Shown piece after piece: positions 56,505 through 64,000 of a stretch of DNA of 64,000 nucleotides. The position numbers and the translations under genes are program-made. The stretch covers positions 14,922-78,921 of the forward strand of contig JAFUXA010000026.1 of NCBI GenBank assembly GCA_017470985.1. Reading direction: 5' to 3'. Source of the stretch: Lachnospiraceae bacterium (GTDB lineage Bacteria > Bacillota > Clostridia > Lachnospirales > Lachnospiraceae). Under the pieces are notes generated by a model. It was given only the letters and a program-made list of their open reading frames with translations, was not told where the DNA came from and ran no database searches. Numbering within the stretch: position 1 is the stretch's first letter; each line of letters opens with the position of its first letter.

Positions 56505-57266
56505 ATGTATAAACAGATTAAGAGAAAACTTCATAGTAGAGATGGAGCATCCATATCTTTTGCCTTCTTTGCCTTTATTGTGGCAGCAGTTGTCTCGCTG
56601 GTAATAATTGCAGCAGCTCTGTCCAATGCAGTGAAGCTTCGTCAGGAGAGGGCAAATGAACAGGCTTATCTGATAGCTGAATCAATTGCTTATGCATTGG
56701 CTGATCAGATGGTATCTACAAGCAATGAGACTGCACCTGCAGGAAGTGCCAAGGAGTATACCAGCAGATATATCAGAGTGGCAGAGGTGGCTGCTCCGGG
56801 AAATACTACAGTGGTATCAGCTACAGCTGCTACAGAGGGTATTGATGTATTGGCAGAACCATTTAAGACTACTGCAGAGAATTTGTGCAAGACCAGATAT
56901 GAAGCTGTGAAAGCTGGAACTGCAGGACTTCCGGTAAATGCTACAGCTTCTACGGATATTAATATTCAGGTGTCCAATATTGTAGGTGCTTCAGGAGATG
57001 AGTTATCAGATTCGGTAGCAGATACAATTAACAGTAGTGACACCAAGATATCTTGTTATATGCCGGAGGTAGAATTAATATCCACCGGTGGAAGTGTAAA
57101 CTTCGATGTGGCTGACTATTATGACATGGAATATCTCATAGAGGTTCCTATCTCAGCCGGCAAGACATATAAGTGCAGACTTCATATGGATGCTGCTATA
57201 AAAAACAATGGCAGTGCAACTTATGTATATTGGCCTACTTATAATCTGTTAAAGGGGGCTGAGTAA
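56505..57266 (+). CDS. Pilus-operon protein with an N-terminal hydrophobic anchor but no Glu+5 (PilX/ComGG-like role possible)
   Basis: MYKQIKRKLHSRDGASISFAFFAFIVAAVVSLVIIAAAL... It sits 5 nt after the giant pilin stop. No recognisable domains. Confidence 0.45.
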   Translation: MYKQIKRKLHSRDGASISFAFFAFIVAAVVSLVIIAAALSNAVKLRQERANEQAYLIAESIAYALADQMVSTSNETAPAGSAKEYTSRYIRVAEVAAPGNTTVVSATAATEGIDVLAEPFKTTAENLCKTRYEAVKAGTAGLPVNATASTDINIQVSNIVGASGDELSDSVADTINSSDTKISCYMPEVELISTGGSVNFDVADYYDMEYLIEVPISAGKTYKCRLHMDAAIKNNGSATYVYWPTYNLLKGAE

Positions 57267-57267
57267 G

Positions 57268-57684
57268 ATGATTTTATATATGAGAGAAATATTTTCAAAA
57301 ATAAATAGTAATGTTGCAAATGAAAAAACTCTGTTAAAGGCAAATAGTCACGGCGTAAATATGCAAGCTGATGTGAGCCACAAGCTTCGTAATAAATCAG
57401 GAGAAACCTTGGTGGAGACATTGGTGGCTCTTATAATAACCACTCTGGCTCTGATGATGTTGCCGGGAGCAGTAGTGGCAGCAGCTCGTGTAAATGCACG
57501 AATTGGTGATCAGGTAATATATATGGAAAGAACCAAGGATGCGGCAAATGGTACCAATGTGGGAACATGCGATATTACATTTTCCACATCAGATATGAAA
57601 AAGTCTACTGTATCAGGGTTGAAGGTTACCCGTTTTGGAAATGATAAGACTGGGCTATATGAGATAGGTTTATTACAGGAGTAA
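57268..57684 (+). CDS. Minor pilin-like protein (class III signal ...NKSG|ETLVETLVALIITTLALMML)
   Basis: Gly-1 and Glu+5 followed by a hydrophobic helix. The start is uncertain: ATG 57268 is coupled to the upstream stop with a GGGGG SD and gives a 46-aa leader. ATG 57361 gives a 14-aa leader but has no SD. Confidence 0.6.
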   Translation: MILYMREIFSKINSNVANEKTLLKANSHGVNMQADVSHKLRNKSGETLVETLVALIITTLALMMLPGAVVAAARVNARIGDQVIYMERTKDAANGTNVGTCDITFSTSDMKKSTVSGLKVTRFGNDKTGLYEIGLLQE

Positions 57685-57692
57685 TTGATGTT

Positions 57693-59948
57693 ATGAAGAA
57701 GTGCGATAGAAAGTTAAAACAGAATAGCGGCTTTACAATATCAGAGCTTCTGATAGCTACTCTGATTTTGCTTCTGACTTCTGCTATGCTTGTGACCTGT
57801 ATTCGTTTGGGTTTGAAACAGCTATATCAGCAGACAGAAGAGTCTGAGGCACAGATGCTATGTACTATGTTATCCACTGCAGTGCAGGATGAGCTGACTT
57901 ATGCAGCTAATCCTCAGATGCAGGATACTTCCGCAGGTAAGCTTCTATTATTTGACAGAGTTGGTGCACCTAACAAGGTTGGATTCTATATGGCATCCAA
58001 TATTGGCAGTGATGAGCCGGATTATATAGCAGTTACAGATGATGCTGATTTTGCCAAAGTGAATCTGGGACAGATTAGTCTGGCTGCAATTGATTCAAGT
58101 AATAATATAGTAAGCACATATGGTCTGGTTTCCACTGGAGCATATAATATAGAAAATTCCAAGAACGGTAGCTTGCAGGCTGGCATGCAACTGAAGGAAC
58201 ATGGCAGTGGTTACGAAGTTAGAATTAGTATATACAATAGTTCTGGTTCAGATGAGGCCATTGCAACCAAGAATTTCTATGTGGGGCGAGTTTCAGGAGA
58301 TGTAAGCGCTAACATGGATGTGGATGACAGTGGAGATAATATCACTTATAATCTCACCTTTGATCCAGCAGGGGGAAGCTTCGATGATAACACAACCGCA
58401 CCGAAATCTTATACTGGTATAACAAATGGAAGTATATATGAGGTGCCAAATGTAACCAGAGATAATTATGACCTGGTTGGATGGAATGGTGATGATGGAA
58501 GTACTGTTCCTGCTGCCGGCAGCGTGACAGTAAGTCGTGATGTTACTTACACAGCTCAGTGGACTGGCAAGAATTATACAGCCAGATTCTATCAGGATGA
58601 AGCCAAGACCATTGATGTAGGAGCTATATCAGCGGTCTATGGCAGAATTGTGGGAGGTACAGTTGAAGGCCAGGAAATTGACTGGATTGGTAAGCGGGGA
58701 GTTGATGAATACAACTTCAATAGACTCAATAACAAGAATGGATATATATTTGATGGTTGGGTAGATGAAGCTGGTAATATCTATTATATAGAAGCTGGAG
58801 ATACTTGGACATTTGTAGGAGACCAGGATTTTGTAGCTCATTATTCTCCTGTGAAATATACAGCCAACTTCTACAGAGGATATGATTCTCAGGGAAATCC
58901 AACGGGCTTAGTAGATACAATGCAGGTGGAGTATGATGAGACAATTAATCTACCATCAGCTCCGGAGCCTCTTGTGGCAGGATATACATTCCAGGGTTGG
59001 GAATATGAGAGAGCAGTTGATGACAAGGCTGTAATTCCAGTTGGAAATACTACATTTAAATACGAATACAGCAGAAATATAGATTTCGTAGCAACATGGG
59101 ATTATTACACACTGACTTTTTATAATGGTAATAACATAGTTGGAGAGGCACTGTTCAATCCAAATACCTGGGGATTTGAGTATACGGATAATATAGAGCA
59201 GTCTGAATTGAGCCATAGTGACGCCAATAATTGGACATTCAATGGTTGGTATAGTGATCCTGGCAATGATGTGAGAGATTTTGATCAAAATGGTGATCCT
59301 ACAGCACAAAATACTATTATTGCAGCTTTTATAAATGGTCAGAGCAATGTAAATCTCTATGCCGGATATGTAAATACCAATGCAATGTATGTGAAGACTG
59401 ATTCCATAAATAAAGTTGGACAGAGATTTCTGATTGTAGGTGGTGACACTGTTGGTAATAATCAGAAGGCTATGACTCATGATGGCGGAGATGTGGAGAC
59501 TGCCAATGTAAATATTAAGGGTGATAATAATCTAAAGTATGTGGAATATAATGATTCAGATAAATCCAAAGAGTGGTATACATCCTCGGGTAATTCTTCT
59601 GGATATTATATTAGAAAGTATGAAGCTGCCTGGGAACAGGATCCACTTGATTGGTTTAGATACAAGAATAGATATAAATATCTGAATCTGGCAGGAGGAT
59701 TATTGTCTCATGCACCTACAATAACTACTGATAATAGTGCTACATCGGCTGATTGTAGAACATGGACTTATAGCAATAATGAATTGCATGGATATTATGA
59801 TACAAACCTTGGTAGAAATTGGAATATATATTACGATTCTGGCTCGAAATCATTTGAAGATAGAGAAGCATCCGGCAACGGAAATATCCATATTTATGAG
59901 TTGACTGATGCCAATACAGTGGTTTCATTCAATGGATATAATTATTAA
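57693..59948 (+). CDS. Large (751-aa) modular pilin-like protein with four Listeria-Bacteroides-type repeats
   Basis: MKKCDRKLKQNSG|FTISELLIATLILLLTSAMLV (Gly-1, Phe+1, Glu+5). The repeats are YDLVGW..YTAQW, YIFDGW..FVAHY, YTFQGW..FVATW and WTFNGW..LYAGY (about nt 58338-59372). Confidence 0.8.
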   Translation: MKKCDRKLKQNSGFTISELLIATLILLLTSAMLVTCIRLGLKQLYQQTEESEAQMLCTMLSTAVQDELTYAANPQMQDTSAGKLLLFDRVGAPNKVGFYMASNIGSDEPDYIAVTDDADFAKVNLGQISLAAIDSSNNIVSTYGLVSTGAYNIENSKNGSLQAGMQLKEHGSGYEVRISIYNSSGSDEAIATKNFYVGRVSGDVSANMDVDDSGDNITYNLTFDPAGGSFDDNTTAPKSYTGITNGSIYEVPNVTRDNYDLVGWNGDDGSTVPAAGSVTVSRDVTYTAQWTGKNYTARFYQDEAKTIDVGAISAVYGRIVGGTVEGQEIDWIGKRGVDEYNFNRLNNKNGYIFDGWVDEAGNIYYIEAGDTWTFVGDQDFVAHYSPVKYTANFYRGYDSQGNPTGLVDTMQVEYDETINLPSAPEPLVAGYTFQGWEYERAVDDKAVIPVGNTTFKYEYSRNIDFVATWDYYTLTFYNGNNIVGEALFNPNTWGFEYTDNIEQSELSHSDANNWTFNGWYSDPGNDVRDFDQNGDPTAQNTIIAAFINGQSNVNLYAGYVNTNAMYVKTDSINKVGQRFLIVGGDTVGNNQKAMTHDGGDVETANVNIKGDNNLKYVEYNDSDKSKEWYTSSGNSSGYYIRKYEAAWEQDPLDWFRYKNRYKYLNLAGGLLSHAPTITTDNSATSADCRTWTYSNNELHGYYDTNLGRNWNIYYDSGSKSFEDREASGNGNIHIYELTDANTVVSFNGYNY

Positions 59949-59959
59949 TTCAAACCCTC

Positions 59960-59988
59960 TTGCATTCTATGCGGTACTATGCTACAAT
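59960..59988 (+). promoter_or_regulatory. Promoter of rpmE
   Basis: TTGCAT (59960-59965) - 17 nt - TACAAT (59983-59988). Confidence 0.6.
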
Positions 59989-60089
59989 AAATAAGCTGTT
60001 TATCGGGATGTAAATAGTATCGTGTATGTCTGATGCAGACATGAACATGCAAAAATAGATTAAATTATATTTTTAGAGAGGTGTTTGAA

Positions 60090-60293
60090 ATGAGACAGGG
60101 AATTCATCCAGACTACTATCAGGCAACAGTTACATGTAACTGCGGTAACACATTTACAACAGGTTCTACAAAGCAGGATATTCACGTAGAAATTTGTTCT
60201 AAGTGTCATCCATTCTACACAGGCCAGCAGAAGGCTGCACAGGCTCGTGGACGTATTGATAAGTTCAATAAGAAGTACGGTATTGAGCAGTAA
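60090..60293 (+). CDS. rpmE: 50S ribosomal protein L31 (Zn-ribbon type A)
   Basis: [22 protein letters not shown]...[10 protein letters not shown] contains CxC...CxxC. Confidence 0.95.
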   Translation: MRQGIHPDYYQATVTCNCGNTFTTGSTKQDIHVEICSKCHPFYTGQQKAAQARGRIDKFNKKYGIEQ

Positions 60294-60305
60294 AAAGTCG
60301 GATAG

Positions 60306-60343
60306 GGTTGAGGCCAATTTAGCCTCAACCTTTTTCTTTTTTT
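60306..60343 (+). terminator. Rho-independent terminator after rpmE
   Basis: GGTTGAGGC-loop-GCCTCAACC followed by TTTTTCTTTTTTT. Confidence 0.85.
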
Positions 60344-60431
60344 AGGGTTCAGTTGATAATTTCTAAGAGCAGCACATAACTGCTTCTTACAAGTTGTTGA
60401 CTATCAGATTAAAGTATTGGGAGAAATAATA

Positions 60432-61358
60432 TTGAAGTATTCAGGAATTGGTGGACAGGCTGTAATGGAAGGTGTCATGATGCGCGCGGCAGATAAGTAT
60501 GCAGTGGCAGTCAGACTTCCTAATGGCGAGATAAATGTTGATAAATATGATGCAAAACCAAGGGATAAATGGTATCACAAGACTCCGCTTATAAGAGGGG
60601 TGGTATCCTTTGTGGATTCTCTTGTTGTTGGAATGTCTACTCTTATGGAGTCATCCAAGTATTTTGAGGATGAGGAAGAGTTTGAGAAGAAAGCCAGGAT
60701 GACAGAGGATGAGGCGAAGCAGGCAGCCCGCAAGGAAAATGCTGAGCTTACTGCTACATTACTCTTTTCTATTGTGTTGGCAATTGGCATATTTGTCCTG
60801 CTTCCATATTATGCATCTGTACTTTTGGAGAGATTTATCACAAGTGAGATTATTATTTCAATATTTGAAGGAATACTTCGACTGGTGATATTTATAGCTT
60901 ACATCAGAATTATTTCTCATATGGAGGATATACATAGAGTCTTCATGTATCATGGTGCAGAGCACAAGTGCATCAATTGCATAGAAAATGGTCTTGAGCT
61001 CAATGTGGAAAATGTGCGCAGTTCTTCTAAAGAACACAAGAGATGCGGCACCAGCTTCATATTATTTGTAATGCTTATATCCATTCTGGTATTTATATTT
61101 GTCAGATTTGATGCCAGATGGTTACAGCTTGTTGTTAGATTTGTCATGATTCCTGCCATTGCCGGCGTGGCTTATGAGATTTTGCGCTGGGCGGGAAATA
61201 GTAATAGTAAATTGGTAAATATAATAAGTAAACCGGGATTATGGTTACAAGGACTTACCACAGCAGAGCCAACTGATGATATAATAGAAGTTGGAATTGC
61301 AAGCGTGGAAGCAGTCTTTGATTGGAAGAAATTTCAGAATGAAGAGATGCAATTATAA
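60432..61358 (+). CDS. DUF1385 (YqhQ-like) membrane protein
   Basis: KYSGIGGQAVMEGVMMR...YHGAEHKCINC is typical of DUF1385. The rpmE-DUF1385-prmC-prfA synteny is conserved. The start is probably TTG 60432 (GGGAGA SD); TTG 60417 is also possible. Confidence 0.8.
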   Translation: MKYSGIGGQAVMEGVMMRAADKYAVAVRLPNGEINVDKYDAKPRDKWYHKTPLIRGVVSFVDSLVVGMSTLMESSKYFEDEEEFEKKARMTEDEAKQAARKENAELTATLLFSIVLAIGIFVLLPYYASVLLERFITSEIIISIFEGILRLVIFIAYIRIISHMEDIHRVFMYHGAEHKCINCIENGLELNVENVRSSSKEHKRCGTSFILFVMLISILVFIFVRFDARWLQLVVRFVMIPAIAGVAYEILRWAGNSNSKLVNIISKPGLWLQGLTTAEPTDDIIEVGIASVEAVFDWKKFQNEEMQL

Positions 61359-61378
61359 CAGTAATAATATAATGGGGA

Positions 61379-62353
61379 ATGAGTATGAATTATAGAGAAA
61401 TGTTGAAGCTTGGGGAAGCCAGGTTGAAAGAGGCCGGCATCGACGATTATAAGTTGGATGCATGGTACCTCTTTGAATATGTGACAGGATTCTCGAAGCA
61501 GGATTATTTTATGGAAATGAATGGCGAAGTTTCTGAGCAGGTTCAAAGTAGATTTGAACGCAGAATAAAGCGCCGTAGTCATAGAGAGCCACTGCAGTAT
61601 ATTCTGGGAACCCAGGAGTTTATGGGCTATGAGTTTGTGGTAAATGAAAATGTATTGATTCCAAGACAGGATACAGAGAATCTGGTGGAGGAAGTCAACA
61701 AGATTATCAGTAGCATCCGTACAAGTAGAGCTGGTAAACTTACCGGAACTGATGCAGGGACCAATGCCAATGACGGAGGCTGTGGTAGTCTTGACGTGTT
61801 GGATATGTGTACCGGTTCAGGCTGCATCATTATAAGTCTGGCTGCAATGAATAGAGATATTACAGGAACTGCTGTGGATCTGTCCAAAGAGGCAATTGCT
61901 GTTGCCAGAAGAAATGCTATCAATAATGAAGTGACAGATAGAGTGGAATTCTACGAGGGTGATTTGTTTGATGCCATTAGAGACAACAGTGACCAGAAGG
62001 TGGTTCGAGTGGGACTTGCCTGCGTCAAGACCGGTCCTGCCAAGCAATCATTTGACATAATAGTATCTAACCCACCATATATTCCTACTGCTGAGATTTC
62101 TAAGCTCATGCCGGAGGTTGGTAAGTTTGAACCTCTTATGGCTTTAGATGGAGAGGAAGATGGATTATATTTCTACAGAGAGATAGCAAGTGAGGCTCCT
62201 GATTTTCTCAAGGAAAATGGTTATCTGGCAGTGGAAATCGGATTTAATCAAGGACAGGATGTTAGAGAAATATTCCAAAATAATGGTTTCATGGATGTTC
62301 AGGTAATCAAGGATTATCAGGACAATGACAGGATTGTGGTTGGACATCTCTAG
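61379..62353 (+). CDS. prmC: Release-factor glutamine N5-methyltransferase PrmC (HemK)
   Basis: LDMCTGSGCI SAM motif and the catalytic NPPYIP. Low-complexity inserts. The start may be ATG 61385. Confidence 0.88.
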   Translation: MSMNYREMLKLGEARLKEAGIDDYKLDAWYLFEYVTGFSKQDYFMEMNGEVSEQVQSRFERRIKRRSHREPLQYILGTQEFMGYEFVVNENVLIPRQDTENLVEEVNKIISSIRTSRAGKLTGTDAGTNANDGGCGSLDVLDMCTGSGCIIISLAAMNRDITGTAVDLSKEAIAVARRNAINNEVTDRVEFYEGDLFDAIRDNSDQKVVRVGLACVKTGPAKQSFDIIVSNPPYIPTAEISKLMPEVGKFEPLMALDGEEDGLYFYREIASEAPDFLKENGYLAVEIGFNQGQDVREIFQNNGFMDVQVIKDYQDNDRIVVGHL

Positions 62354-62455
62354 CGTTTGTGGTATTATGTAGAGCGATGTGTGTTTCATAACTCACATAA
62401 TATTGATTTAAGTTAGACAGTGGTAGATGATAGATAAAACATTGGAGGAATATTG

Positions 62456-63532
62456 ATGTTTGATAAATTAGATGATTTGATTTTGAGATACGAAGAAGTC
62501 ATGCGACTCCTCAGTGAACCTGATGTGGCAAATGACAGCAACAGATTTCGTTCTCTTATGAAGGAACAGAGTGATTTGGCACCGATTGTTGAAGCTTATA
62601 AGAAATATAAAGAAGCTAAGCAGACAATTGAGGATTCCCTTGAGATGATGTCAGAAGAGTCTGATGAAGATATGAAGGAGATGCTCAAGGAAGAGTTAAA
62701 TGATGCCAAGGCTCAGGTTGAAGAACTTGAAAATACATTGAAGATTTTGCTTCTTCCAAAGGACCCTAACGATGACAAGAACGTAGTTGTTGAAATTCGT
62801 GCAGGTGCAGGTGGAGATGAGGCTGCATTATTTGCAGCAGAAATCTATCGTATGTATGTACATTATTCTGAGACTCGTGGTTGGAAGGTTGAGACCATGG
62901 AAGTGGAAGAGATTGGTATCGGTGGAATGAAGCATGTGAACTTCATGGTAAGTGGCCAGGGTGCTTATTCTATTTTGAAATATGAGTCTGGTGTACATCG
63001 TGTACAGCGTGTGCCAGCTACAGAGTCAGGCGGTAGAATTCATACTTCTACAATTACAGTTGCGGTTATGCCTGAGGCGGATGAGCTTGATGTACCTGAA
63101 ATTGAAGAGAAGGATATTAGAATTGATGTTATGAGAGCTTCAGGAAATGGTGGTCAGTGTGTCAATACAACTGATTCAGCTGTTCGACTTACTCATATTC
63201 CAACTGGTATTGTAATTTATTCTCAGACTGAGAAGTCACAGTTACAGAACAAGAACAAGGCTTTTGCACTTCTTCGCACCAAGTTGTATGACATTGAGTT
63301 ACAGAAGAGACAGGAAGAGCGTTCTGAGGCGACACTTTCTCAGATTGGTACAGGTGACAGATCAGAGAAGATTAGAACTTACAACTTCCCACAGGGACGT
63401 GTAACTGATCATAGAATCAATCTGACACTTTATAAATTGGATAAGATTATGGATGGAGACATTCAGGAATTAATAGATGCACTTATTGCAGCAGATCAGG
63501 CTGCTAAACTGGCAAAGATGAATGATAACTAA
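62456..63532 (+). CDS. prfA: Peptide chain release factor 1
   Basis: PAT tripeptide (VPATES) and the GGQ motif ([19 protein letters not shown]). Confidence 0.95.
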   Translation: MFDKLDDLILRYEEVMRLLSEPDVANDSNRFRSLMKEQSDLAPIVEAYKKYKEAKQTIEDSLEMMSEESDEDMKEMLKEELNDAKAQVEELENTLKILLLPKDPNDDKNVVVEIRAGAGGDEAALFAAEIYRMYVHYSETRGWKVETMEVEEIGIGGMKHVNFMVSGQGAYSILKYESGVHRVQRVPATESGGRIHTSTITVAVMPEADELDVPEIEEKDIRIDVMRASGNGGQCVNTTDSAVRLTHIPTGIVIYSQTEKSQLQNKNKAFALLRTKLYDIELQKRQEERSEATLSQIGTGDRSEKIRTYNFPQGRVTDHRINLTLYKLDKIMDGDIQELIDALIAADQAAKLAKMNDN

Positions 63533-63563
63533 ATCATAATTTATTTTTTGGGAGGAATGAAAA

Positions 63564-64000
63564 ATGTGGTCTAGAAAAGTTATTAAAAACATGGCCAAAG
63601 ACGCCGTGAAGAGAAATTACTGGAAGATGGTTTTGATTGGCTTGCTTCTGGCATTTTTGACGGGAGAACTTGCTTCAATTACTGATGAAATTGATTCAAA
63701 TGATTTGAGAGAATTTACACATGACAAGTATTCATATGAGTATGATTTTGATGATGATTTCTTCGATGATGAGTATGATGACGATTTCTTTGATGATGAG
63801 TATAGTCAGGACTTTGATGATAAAGATTTAGGTGACTATGAATATGAGTATCGCCGTTCTTTTGACCGTGGTTTCAAGAACTACATTGAAAATCATATAC
63901 CATTTGGTCATAGCAGACTGATGCGTACTTTGCTTGCAGCTTCAGTTGGTTTCATTATCACAATTGTAATTATTGCATCAGCTATTGGAATATTGCTTAC
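63564..64000 (+). CDS. DUF975-like membrane protein, 3' end outside the window
   Basis: GGAGG SD at 63551, ATG at 63564. The N-terminus MWSRKVIKNMAKDAVKRNYWKMVLIGLLLAFL resembles DUF975 proteins. It is open to the window end and is not in the ORF track because there is no stop. Confidence 0.55.
   Translation, partial: MWSRKVIKNMAKDAVKRNYWKMVLIGLLLAFLTGELASITDEIDSNDLREFTHDKYSYEYDFDDDFFDDEYDDDFFDDEYSQDFDDKDLGDYEYEYRRSFDRGFKNYIENHIPFGHSRLMRTLLAASVGFIITIVIIASAIGILL

Noticed and set aside
57268-57360. Treating the first 31 codons of the 138-aa minor pilin as a separate small gene or as non-coding.
   Set aside because: This cannot be decided from sequence alone. ATG 57268 has the better SD and stop-start coupling, while ATG 57361 gives a conventional leader length. 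The feature is reported with the longer coordinates and the uncertainty is stated.

Overview
This is a 64-kb chromosomal window from an AT-rich, low-GC Firmicute. Gene content and synteny look Clostridia/Lachnospiraceae-like, and that is only an inference. Coding is dense and mostly on the + strand.

Housekeeping content, in order:
- lysA 3' end, tRNA-Leu(CAA), mecA, a small XRE regulator, and an RsmF-like m5C rRNA methyltransferase.
- An almost complete pantothenate/CoA cluster (panG-like, panB, panC, panD, coaBC), with coaE further on after polA.
- A DUF218 protein, an Xaa-Pro aminopeptidase, an FtsA-like actin-fold ATPase, an MBL hydrolase, and an ACT + UPF0210 pair.
- An ABC-F ATPase and pyruvate:ferredoxin oxidoreductase (nifJ).
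- A T-box (UGG, Trp)-controlled COG2984/4120/1101 ABC importer.
- A CBS-type family II pyrophosphatase, a flavin reductase, malic enzyme and rho.
- The conserved rpmE - DUF1385 - prmC - prfA block.

Accessory-looking inserts:
- A LytTR regulator plus small membrane protein cassette, next to a chimeric gene relic.
- An AAA+/DUF4143 ATPase.
- A NERD/Zn-ribbon protein.

The most unusual content is a monoderm-type type IV pilus system split in two parts. The machinery operon is pilB-pilT-pilC-pilD-pilM-pilN-pilO (39.7-46.9 kb). The pilin region (49.3-59.9 kb) has a 130-aa major pilin divergent from an operon of four pilin-like genes. One of those genes is a 2,151-aa protein and another a 751-aa protein. 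Both carry canonical prepilin (class III) signal peptides fused to adhesin-type repeat modules.

Other points worth follow-up:
- An unclassified ~140-nt highly structured element plus phased GGA repeats between panC and panD.
- Tandem MshEN (c-di-GMP) motifs in PilB.
- Several 33-36-bp tandem repeat arrays in intergenic regions.

I found no CRISPR array, rRNA, transposase or integrase. All domain calls come from reading motifs by eye and were not checked by any search.
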